Notes under the pieces: generated by a model
Databases searched by the model: none
What the model was told of the DNA's origin: nothing
The model's input: only the letters and a program-made list of their open reading frames with translations
NCBI RefSeq assembly: GCF_016432865.1
Contig: NC_067402.1
Coordinates: 292,268,001 to 292,332,000, forward strand
Source: Antechinus flavipes
Lineage: Eukaryota
DNA: 64,000 nucleotides
Reading direction: 5' to 3'
Program-made: the position numbers and the translations under genes
In this document: positions 48,975-59,732 of the stretch, piece after piece
How positions within the stretch are numbered: the first letter of the stretch is position 1
Layout: the number at the start of each line of letters is the position of its first letter

Positions 48975-51900
48975 TCAGGGGGGGGCCATGGAGGGGGCTG
49001 TGTAGGTCTGGAAGCGCTCGTGGGCTCGCTGGCGGGTGAGAAGCCTCAGGGACATGGTATCCACTGCCTCAGCCAGCCCAGGCTTCTGGGCAATCTCCAC
49101 TGTGTAGTCGTTGGCCTGGTGGGACAGGGGAAGAAGGGTGGGGGCAAGTTTCTTCCTCCTCTCCTCCTCGGGGTCTGAAGGAGAAGCTTCAGTTGTGGCC
49201 ACCCGCCCCTCAGCCAGCCCCATTCGCCCCCACTCACCAGCTGCAGGGAAGCCAGCATAGACCGGCACACCTCAAAGGCAGGCTTGCCAGCCACCAGCTT
49301 TGCAAAGGGACACCACTCATTGAGCTGCTGAAAGCCCGCTACCACTTGGTCCCCGTAATTATGGATGTCGAAAGGCACGTGCTCCTCCTGGAAGAAGGGA
49401 GCGGAGGCTGACTGCTGCCTGTCTGCCACCCACCACGGGTGAAGGGCCCCAGAGCCCGCAGGTCCCAAGCTCGTGCTCACCTGTTCCCGAAGCAGGGGCC
49501 CGATGGTGTCCTCCCAGTCCCGGATGCGCTGAGACAGCTCGGTCTCATGAACGTACTTCTGAGAGTTGGCAATAAATAATTCCTGGGAGAAGAAGAGGGA
49601 GCTCAGGACGACTTTGGGCTGGCTGCCCCTGCCCCACTGCCCATCGTTCTGGCCCCCTGACAGAACCTACCACGTTTCTCTGGACCAGCTCCTCGTAGGT
49701 GAGCGGAGGGATGATCTCTGGCTCTAGGAGAGGGAAGCCGGGCCATGAGTCAGCTCCAAGCCGGGACGCCCGCCCGTGGCCACAGAACCCTCCCCAACCC
49801 TCCCCACTCCCTCTCCCAGGCCTACCTGGAATGTTCTCCAGCGGCTCCTCGGGCTCTGCATCCTCGAGTTCCAAGTAGCTGTCTGAGGGAAGTGACAGAG
49901 AGGAAGCTGGGCCCATCAAGAGACCCAGCCAGCACCGGTGCCCCCTCCCCCACATGCACCCCAGAGGTACCTCCTCCTCCAAGCTGCTCCAGGGAGTCCT
50001 CCACTCGCTCCTCTTCTAGGGCCCACAGCCCTTCCTGGTCCTTGGCCAGCAGCTGCTCTGCTCCCTGGGCAGAGGCAGGGGGAGGTGAGCTACCCAGGGT
50101 CTAGACCTGAACCCTCCTGCCCTTCCCACAGGGGCCATTTGCCAAAATCGCCCAGCTCCTTGCAGGGGAAACGGAGGCAGATCCACAGGCACCGTCTCCT
50201 GGGGTTTGGCAGTGGTTGGGAGCAATGGCCGGGCCCGGTGTCTGCTGAGCCCGCTGCCCTCACCTCTCCCTGCCGCAGTTTCCGAAGGGCATCCACCTGC
50301 TCCTTGATGTGCTTCCAGTAGAGGGCTTCTAGGTCTGCAGAGACATTGCTAGGGCCCTCGGTTCTGGCACTCTCGCCCCCCGTCCCGATCGGGTCTCCCA
50401 CCCTTCTCCAGCCTCACCTGCAAATGTGGGGCCTCTGTGCCGAGGTTTCTGGGAGCTACGGCCGCTATCTGAGGGAAGTCACACGAGCGTCACCGGAGCT
50501 CGGACCTGTTACCCCATCGTTGCCCACCCCCTTGCCCCTCCCGAGACCTCCACCCCACTTGGGACTCAACTCACAAGCAGCCAAGTACCACTCATGAAAC
50601 CCCTGGAGTCTGGTGGAGATCTTCCTTTTGCGTTTGCCAGATGTGGTCTCCTCCAGCTGCTGCGGCAAAGAGTAAGGGCTACCTGGCGGACAAAGCCTGG
50701 AAGTGAGGCGAGGGGAACCCGGCCCCGGAGGGATGGACGCTGGAGAGATGTGGGTGCCCCCAAGCCCAGCCTCCCTGGGCCCCGGGGATGGGCCGAGCTG
50801 TCCCCAGCACACCACAGGGCTCGCCTCCGGCCCTGATCACTCCTTACCTTTCTTGAAGGGCTTGCCCTCCACAGAATCAAAGGGGTCCAGACTCTGCCAG
50901 GGATCGGGGGGCTCCTGCAATGCAGGACACGGGATACCGAGTGAGGACCATGCGCTTGGGACCCCCGTAAAGTCAAATGCTGGCCTACCTGCCCACAAAG
51001 ATGCCAGGGCCACCCTGAAAGGGATCCCTCCCCCCACCTGACAGCTGGCAAAGTTAATGGCTCCCAGAAAGGGGCAGGGAAGAGACCTCCGTGGCACCTC
51101 CCTCAGCCCCAACTTTTCTTGCCTTTGGGTGCCATGAGGGGCGAGGGGTAGCAGCTGGGGGTCTGCCCCGCAGCGAGTACTTCCTTGGTTCCAGGACACC
51201 CTAGGAGAGAGAGTCGAGGCAATCAACCTCACTGCTGTCGGACCTCCGCCTGCCCCCCAAAGGCTGGAGGGAACAAGCAGGTGTTCTGCCCAGACCAGCC
51301 CGAGTGGCCGCCCTGCTTAGGGGGAAGGGCAGGGTCCCCAAGGTTTTCTGGGGGCTGCTGGAAGTGGAGTGGAGACCAGGAAAAGGCCTGTGATTATGCC
51401 ATACTTCATGTATTTTCCAGTGGTCCCCAGATGTGGGGCTAAAATATGCTCAAACACGAGGACGCAGTAGGCCCAGGGGACCCCCCCCCCATTCACTCTT
51501 CTGTGAGTCATTTGCCCACATGAGCCCCAAAGAGCCCATGTCCCTCTGACATCATGGGAGCAGTCACCCCCTTCCTCCCGCCTACCTGCTGCTGGTTGGG
51601 GGGCTGTGGAGAGGCCTCGGGGACCTCCGGGTGAAGGAGCGCATCTCCTCCCACCTCTTCCTCACCTTCCGGTAGTGCTGCCTCTGGAGAAGGGCGGGAG
51701 AGGAGGATGAGGCCGGGCCGTTGCGGGCCCCGAAGCCCTTGTGGGCCCCGAAGTCCTTGCGGGCCCAGGCAGGTGTCCGGGGAGCGGGGCTGCCGGGCTC
51801 CCAAGCTCAGAGTAAAGCCGAGGCTGGATTCGCCTCCATTAAATTGGGGGGAAGGAGACTCTGCTGCCTGGGGCTGGGGTTGCATGGGCCAGATCTGGGT

Positions 51901-54900
51901 GCAAGGAATGCTGGGAGCTGCGGGGGAGTGGGAGGGTGGGAATGAGCCTCAGCTCCACACCTGGCTTCTCATCTTCCTCCTGGGAGAAGTTGAGCACCGG
52001 AGCTGGGGACATGTCGATGGAGACGTCCATGGGCATCTCCTCGGGCCTCTCTGCGTCTGTGGAGAGGAGAATGAGAAGGGGAGGGCCGAGCTCGTGCTGG
52101 GGACGCCCAGCCGGCCACGCCGCCAGCCCCCTCGCCCCTCCTCAGTTGGGCCTCCACAGCGAAGAGCACGCTCCGGGAGAAGGGGGCTCAAGGTGGAGGG
52201 GACAGGCTGGGTCCAGGCCCTGACCTCGTGGATGCTCATCTGCAAAACAGGCCCAGCTCAAACCACACGCCCTGACCCAGGGCCTGTCCTGCCTGGGGGG
52301 AGCTCGGCACAAGCAGCCAGTCCATCTCCGGGCTGACTGCGCTCCGCTGGGGCTCCCAGGCTCCGGCCGCCCTCTCTGTGCCGCGGCCGGGACGCCCCCT
52401 TTCACCTCCTGATGAATGATCCTGACGTCGGCCAGAGGGCACCGCCGCCGAGACCTCAGCCCGCACTTCTCAGTGGTGGCTCGGAGGTTCCTCAGCTCTG
52501 AGCAGAAGCGGTTCCCTGCCCCCGGCTCCTGACAGTAAGCTCTGGAAGGTGGGACTGCCCAGCCCCCGGCACAGGGTCTGGCACCCAGTGCCCACTGGAT
52601 GGAGAGAATAATTACTGCCCCTTGGCTTTTATTGTCCAGGATTCTCATGCAGAACAAGTCCCCCACATGAACAATTGGGTCCTGAGCCCAGGGCAAGGGA
52701 TCCCCAACTCCCCTTCCCCCCAGTCTCCTGACCCTCACCCTCACCGGGCTGGGTCCTCGGCACGGTCTGCTCCATTGGGGACAGGCCCCCTGGCTCCAGC
52801 AGGAAGGCACCGCTGGGGTGAGGGGTGGAGGTGTTCATCCTGAAATCCTTGCGGCTTGCCAGGACCTCCCCTCGGCGGCTGTGCTGGCAGACAACATGCT
52901 CTGAGAAGAGGCGGTGGAGACCCATGCCCCGCCTCGGGGAGGCCGCAGGCTCGGGGCAGACACAGAACAAGACCCCCAGAGAGGCAGCGGAGAACTGGGG
53001 GCGGGGGCCGGGGTCCTGTACCTATAGAGTGGGTTGCTCTTCTTCTCTTCTTCATCAGGGGGCACCAGGGCCATGGGCACCAAGGGAATGACAGGCACGG
53101 CCTGTCGGGAGCACAGAGTCACCGGATGCGGGAGGAGGGCTCCCCCAGAGCCCGGCCACCTCCCAGGCCCTCAGCCCCTTCCCACCACCGCCGCCCCCGA
53201 GATCCGCCCAAAGGACCAGGAGCATCGGGGAGAAGGCGCCACTTACGGTGGGAGGCTGGTCATCCTTCAGGTCTATGTTTGTGCGGGGATCAGGAAAGTC
53301 ATCGAGGGACAGAAACTGTGGGGAGACAGAGGCGACAGCTAGCAGGAGCCGTGGGGCCGGGGAAGGGCCCGGAGGCGTGGGCCAGGGCCCCGGGGAGCCT
53401 CACCTCTTCCTCGGGCTCGGGGCGAGTGCTGCAGGTGCTGTCACCATCCTGCCCATCGGGCTGCGCCGACGCCAGCTGCTTGTTCCGCCTGGTGGAGAGA
53501 GGCAGACGGGCACGGGTCAGCTCTCCCCTGGCAGGAGGCCGTGCGGTTATCAGAGAGCAGCCGGGGAGCTCCGGGGGCGCGCCTCCTCCCCGGGCGGCTG
53601 CCCCCGCTGAGGGTGCCCGGCCTCCGCCCAGCCTCCTGTCCTCCCGTTTCTCCTTGTTACCAAACCCCAGTGGGGCAGAGTAGAGAAGGATCATTGGGGC
53701 GTCTGCGGCGCATGGCAGGCCCAGGTTCTCACTGTGTCCCACCGCCCTTACTTTTTGCCTGAGATGAAATCCAGAGCCTGGTAAACCAGCGAGTAGAGGT
53801 ACTCCACCTGCCAAGAGAGGGGCCCGGGCTGAGGAGAGCAGCCGGCGGGCTTCCCTCCCAGCCCACCCAGCAATGGCCCAGCGGAGCTGGTCCCAAAGCA
53901 TCGGAACGGGCCTGTGGGTCTGAGAACGAGTGTATACGTGTCTGTGCCCTAGGGACGCCCCCCCCCCCCAGGGGCCATCTAGTGCGCGCCCCCACACAAA
54001 GCATGGCCACAGCCAGTGTGCCCCAGGGAGCCGCGGGCAGCCCACGGGGGTGACATGATGGAGCTGGGGGGCCTTGGACAAGGACCCACAGCTACTGCCC
54101 TACAGGGCAAGCAAGAGAGCCCCACGGGTGCTACTCTCAGGGGAGAACTGAGGGGGGTGGAGGGAAGGGAAGGTCGCTCTCTCAAAGGCAGGAAACAACC
54201 TCTCTGCCATCACAACAAAGGGCTAACACAACCGGGCTCCAAAAAGGACCCCGAGGAAACAAGGCCCCCAAAACATAAAGAACACTGACTCCCCGCGGCC
54301 CCAGAGAGTCACAGCACGCACACACGCCTCCCCGCGGCCCCAGAGAGTCACAGCACTCACACGTCGCCTCCCCGCGGCCCCCGGGAGTCCCGGCACGCAC
54401 ACTCCGCCTCCCCGCGGCCCCAGAGAGTCACAGCACGTACACACGCCTCCCCGCGGCCCCCGGGAGTCCCGGCACGCACACGTCGCCTCCCCGCGGGCCC
54501 CGGGAGTCACAGCACGCACACGTCGCCTCCCCGCGGGCCCCGGGAGTCACAGCACGCACACGTCGCCTCCCCGCGGGCCCCGGGAGTCACAGTACGCACA
54601 CTCCGCCTCCCCGCGACCCCCGGGAGTCACAGCACGCACATGTCGCCTCCCCGCGGGCCTAGAGAGTCACGGCACGCACACTCCGCCTCCCCGTGGCCCC
54701 CCGGGAGTCACAGCACGCACACGTCGCCTCCCCGCGGCCCCCGGGAGTCACAGCACGCACACTCCGCCTCCCCGCGGCCCCAGAGAGTCACAGCACGCGC
54801 ACACACCTCCCCGCGGCCCCAGAGAGTCACAGCACGCACACTCCGCCTCCCCGCGGACCCCCGGGAGTCCCGGCACGCACACACGCCTCCCCGCGACCCC

Positions 54901-57900
54901 TGGGAGTCACAGCACGCACACACGCCTCCCCCGCGGCCCCAGGGAGTCACTGCTCGCACATTCCGCCTCCCCGCGGCCCCAGGGAGTCCCGGCACGCACA
55001 CGTCGCCTCCCCGCGGCCCCCGGGAGTCACAGCACGCACACTCCGCCTCCCCGCGGCCCCAGAGAGTCACAGCACGCGCACACACCTCCCCGCGGCCCCA
55101 GAGAGTCACAGCACGCACACTCCGCCTCCCCGCGACCCCCGGGAGTCCCGGCACGCACACACGCCTCCCCGCGGCCCCAGAGAGTCACAGCACGCACACG
55201 TCGCCTCCCCGCGGCCCCCGGGAGTCCCGGCACGCACACTCCGCCTCCCCGCGGCCCCAGAGAGTCACAGCACGCACACACGCCTCCCCGCGGCCCCCGG
55301 GAGTCACAGCACGCACACTCCGCCTCCCCGCGGCCCCAGAGAGTCACAGCACGCACACGTCGCCTCCCCGCGGCCCCCGGGAGTCACAGCACGCACACTC
55401 CGCCTCCCCGCGGCCCCAGAGAGTCACAGCACGCACACTCCGCCTCCCCGCGGCCCCAGAGAGTCACAGCACGCACACACGCCTCCCCGCGGCCCCTGGG
55501 AGTCACAGCACGCACACTCCGCCTCCCCGCGACCCCCGGGAGTCCCGGCACGCACACACGCCTCCCCGCGGCCCCAGAGAGTCACAGCACGCACACGTCG
55601 CCTCCCCGCGGCCCCCGGGAGTCCCGGCACGCACACTCCGCCTCCCCGCGGCCCCAGAGAGTCACAGCACGCACACGTCGCCTCCCCGCGGCCCCCGGGA
55701 GTCACAGCACGCACACTCCGCCTCCCCGCAGCCCCAGAGAGTCACAGCACGCACACTCCGCCTCCCCGCGGCCCCAGAGAGTCACAGCACGCACACACGC
55801 CTCCCCGCGGCCCCTGGGAGTCACAGCACGCACACTCCGCCTCCCCGCGGCCCCAGAGAGTCACAACACGCACACTCCGCCTCCCCGCGGCCCCAGAGAG
55901 TCACAGCACGCACACACGCCTCCCCGCGGCCCCTGGGAGTCACAGCACGCACACTCCGCCTCCCCGCGACCCCCGGGAGTCCCGGCACGCACACACGCCT
56001 CCCCGCGGCCCCTGGGAGTCACAGCACGCACACTCCGCCTCCCCGCGACCCCCGGGAGTCACAGCACGCACACTCCGCCTCCCCGCGGCCCCCGGGAGTC
56101 ACAGCACGCACACGTCGCCTCCCCGCGGCCCCCGGGAGTCCCGGCACGCACACACGCCTCCCCGCGGCCCCCGGGAGTCACAGCACGCACACTCCGCCTC
56201 CCCGCGACCCCCGGGAGTCACAGCACGCACACGTCGCCTCCCCGCGGCCCCCGGGAGTCACAGCACGCACACTCCGCCTCCCCGCGACCCCCGGGAGTCA
56301 CAGCACGCACACACGCCTCCCCGCGGCCCCAGAGAGTCACAACACGCACACTTCGCCTCCCCGCGACCCCTGGGAGTCCCGGCACGCACACGTCGCCTCC
56401 CCGCGGCCCCAGAGAGTCACAGCACGCACACACGCCTCCCCGCGGCCCCAGAGAGTCACAGCACGCACACACCGCCTCCCCGCGGCCCCCGGGAGTCACT
56501 GTGTGCACAGTGCTCGGAGTGCCTGTCGTAGCAAGGCTGCGCGGGCAGTGGCCCCGGCCAAGGGCTCACCTTTTTACTGTAGACACAGGCAGACCCCTGG
56601 ATCAGCAGTGCAGCCTCGATGAAGTTCATGGTGGTTTTGCCTTCATCAAAAGAAATGCAGATCTGGTCCAGCTTCAGGACATATGGGGAGGAACACAGGA
56701 AAAAAGGAAGTGAGCCGGGCCCTACCCTGACCCCGCTCAATCCCACCTCCAGGCCTTTGCTACTGTTCCTACCCCTCGGAATACGCCCTCACCCCATCTC
56801 CTGCCCGAGTCCCACCCAGGCTGGTGGAGTCGGAGTGCAGCAGGGAACAGATAAGAGATCAAGGTCCGAAGGCAGGCGAGAAAGAGCCATGTCCTCCCAG
56901 AGGGCGGCCTTTCCCGGTGGTACTTAGGAAGCCCTCCACCCCCACCCCGCCCTCCTTTCACAGCCCCTGCCTGCAGCGGGTGCCTCGCCTCAGGCCTTAC
57001 ACCAGAACCTCCCTGACTGCCCTGGCCAACCAAGCTACCTGCACGAATAAGGACGATTGTCAACCCCAAGCTCCTCCTTGGTCCCTGTTTCAAGACCCAA
57101 ATCTCTATTTTTAAAAGATTCCTGTTTCTTACGTCCACTGACAAACACGCACAAAAGCGTAACCAGAAAATGACGCCGTGAGCCAGCCAACAAACAAACG
57201 GCAAGGGTCCAAACTCTCCCTTCTTAAAACATTAGCTTCCACTCGTTGAAATCTTGGCTCACCACTTCCAAGGTCCTTCTGTGGTTCACGATAAGAGCTA
57301 GAACTTATCTGGCCCTTTCTTGCCAGCAGTCCTCCTTATATGTGTTAACTTTTTTGGTCCCCACAACAGCCTTGGAAGACAAGTGCTTTTGTCCCCAATT
57401 AACAAGATGAAGAAATGGAGGCACAGAAACATGAAGTCGGTTCCTTCTGCCACCAAGGCCAGGACATCCTGCAAAGCTCAAACTAAGGCCAGACCCTGCT
57501 GCTTCCTAGTGCTGACTTCTCTGGGACTCAGTTTCCCCTTCTCTCCTCTGCCTCCTGATCTTTAAGACTCAGCTCAAGTCCCCCCCTTCTGCAGGGGGAT
57601 AAGCCCAGGAATGACTTTTTATCTCCTCTGATATATCCCGTTATGATGTGAGCTCCCCGAGTAGTTTTTTTTTCCTTTTTCTGTCCATTTTCCATCCCCC
57701 AGTGCCCAGAATTAAGTCAATACTTAATAAACATTTGATGAGTAACTCACTGACTTGATCATTGATGCTTCCTATCCTGCCCCAAGAAGACGGATAAATC
57801 AGTCAGTTTGGTAGGTTCAGAACTGTCTGTACTGGACCCAAATGTTACCATATATCAACGGGTCAATGTGCATCTAGAAGTTATTAGGGAAGTATTCCAC

Positions 57901-59087
57901 AGCTCAGTCATTGGCTGATTCTCTTAATATCCATCACATTGCGTCCGAGGCTTTTCTAAACTTTACTTTCCCAGTGGAAATCCCAATTTTCCCATCTCCC
58001 TTCTTTGGAAAATAGTCTGTGAGGTGACAAAACCTGCAAAGGTGGGGGACCCACATGTACTTGTAGGTGGGAGCAAGTCTTGGGCAGAGCAGGGAACTGT
58101 TTGTATGCAAGTACGTAAGCAGATCTGTGCCCAGAAAGCAGCGACTGTTCCTAGGGATGCTGGTAGAGGCAGCATATTGATGCTCAAGTGACTCCAAGCA
58201 AGAGGCAGCTGACCAGAGGGGGCTGACCACAGCTCTCCCTCACACGCCTGAGCCGGGAGGCAGGGGCTGCTCTGAGGTCCACAGACCACCTAGGACAACC
58301 TTGGGGGGGGGGCACTGGGCACTTTTACAGACAAGAAACTGAGGTTCAGACCTGACCAAAGTTGGTCCCTTAGATCAGCCAGTGTCAGTAACTGGTTTTA
58401 TTGACTCCAGACCTGCCTTTCTTTGAAGTCTCATGTTTTCTGTTTCCTCTCAGCTGAACTACGGCAATAACAGCTGGGGGGCGGGGGGGGGTCTTGCTTT
58501 CCACTCCACTGCATCCTCCATTCAGTGGAGGAACTGAGTTTGCTGAAGCACCGTTCTGAGCCTGTCACTCACTCCTCTCCACCCCCCCCCTTGCCTCCAG
58601 GTGCTGTGACTGGCATTTGTGCAGGAAACCTCGGTTTCCCCCCCTGGGAAATGGCACCGGGGCTGTCGGCCGGCTCTGGAGTAGAGATCCTGTGATACAC
58701 AAGGTGCACGCTGCTGGCTATCACTGCAGTTCCAGGGGTGGCTGCACCTCCGACCCGCAGCCCCCCGAGGGCGGGAACCCCGGCCCGAAGCGCAGAGCGC
58801 CGCACACAGTGGGCGCTTAAGCAATGCTCGCTTGTTAAAGAGTGCCGGACTCCACTCCAACTCCAGACTGCTGGAACCCCCAACACCAGGCCCTGGCCTG
58901 CCTTCGGTGATGTCACCGCCCAGACCCTCCGCCGGCCTGGCCCTCAATGATGTCACCCTCCCGAGCCCCGTGACGTCACCTCCTCCAGGTACTCGCCCAG
59001 CTGCGCCGCCACATCCACCTCCCAGTTCTTGGTGAGATCGCGGATGGGCTGCAGGAGGTGGGCGAAGCGGCTCTCGACGTCCTCCAT
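48975..59087 (-). CDS. NCAPH2: Condensin II complex subunit H2 (kleisin beta), 20 exons, 599 aa
   Basis: Exons 59087-58980, 56671-56570, 53807-53752, 53488-53404, 53315-53247, 53101-53022, 52878-52745, 52056-51961, 51683-51586, 51200-51123, 50914-50848, 50682-50575, 50468-50418, 50334-50264, 50064-49971, 49882-49826, 49723-49671, 49582-49481, 49387-49238, 49115-48975 (1800 nt, phases consistent). [61 protein letters not shown] and [16 protein letters not shown] match recalled human NCAPH2. Confidence 0.95.
54289..56499. repeat. GC-rich minisatellite (VNTR), 40-41-bp unit, about 55 copies, NCAPH2 intron 2
   Basis: Consensus ~tccgcctccccgcggccccagagagtcacagcacgcacac with interspersed variants. 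Confidence 0.97.
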
Positions 59088-59732
59088 GGACGAAGTGGCT
59101 GCCGGGGCTCCAGCTCCGGCCTCCGCTTCCCACTCAGGCCACGGTAGGGGCCGCTCGGTCTGGCGCCATTTTTGCGTTTCCCGCTCAGGACACTAGGTGA
59201 CGATCAAGAGCGGCGCCCGGCGCGCATCAGTGACGTCACACGATTCGAGGCCTACCAGCCGCTACCCCGAGAAAGGGGGCGGTGTCTAGTGGGCGGAGCG
59301 TTGGGGACGCCCCCGCCTGGAGGGCGGAGACCAAGGAGAAGGGAGAGCTCCGGGAGGCTTCTCCCCCGGACACGGTGGGGCGGGGCCGTCACAAGAAGGA
59401 TGGAGACTCCTCTTCGGGCGGGGCGTTCGGCGACTGAGGTGGAGATTTTGCTGGACGAGGAGCGGGGACCTGGATGACGTCGCCGCGCTGGGCGGGGCTT
59501 AAGCGAATGCAAGGCCAGAGGAGGGGCGGATGCGTTGACGTAAATACGGGGGCGGGACAGAAGCGAGAGGGAGGGAGCTAGCTTCCTCGGTGCCCTGGGC
59601 TGCCACGGGGGGCGGAGCCGGAGGGCCATGACGCGCTTCAAGGGCGGGGTCGGGGAGAGGGGCGGGGCCAACCGCGGGCGGGCCGACGTGTCTCGGCAGC
59701 TCCTGCCCAGGCTCGGACCCGGACAGGCTGCC
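59088..59732. promoter_or_regulatory. Bidirectional CpG-island promoter for NCAPH2/LMF2
   Basis: Start codons are head-to-head and 645 nt apart. YY1-type CGCCATTTT at 59164-59172, CRE TGACGTCA at 59231-59238, CRE-like sites at 59475 and 59536, several GGGCGG boxes. Confidence 0.75.

Noticed and set aside
49880-49890. NAGNAG acceptor at NCAPH2 exon 16 (reported in mouse, recalled)
   Set aside because: The sequence here is cag|ACAG, with AGs 4 nt apart, so it is not a NAGNAG
54640-56622. 660-aa and 612-aa ORFs through the minisatellite
   Set aside because: Stop-free by repeat composition, intronic and antisense to NCAPH2, no homology. Not evidence of coding.
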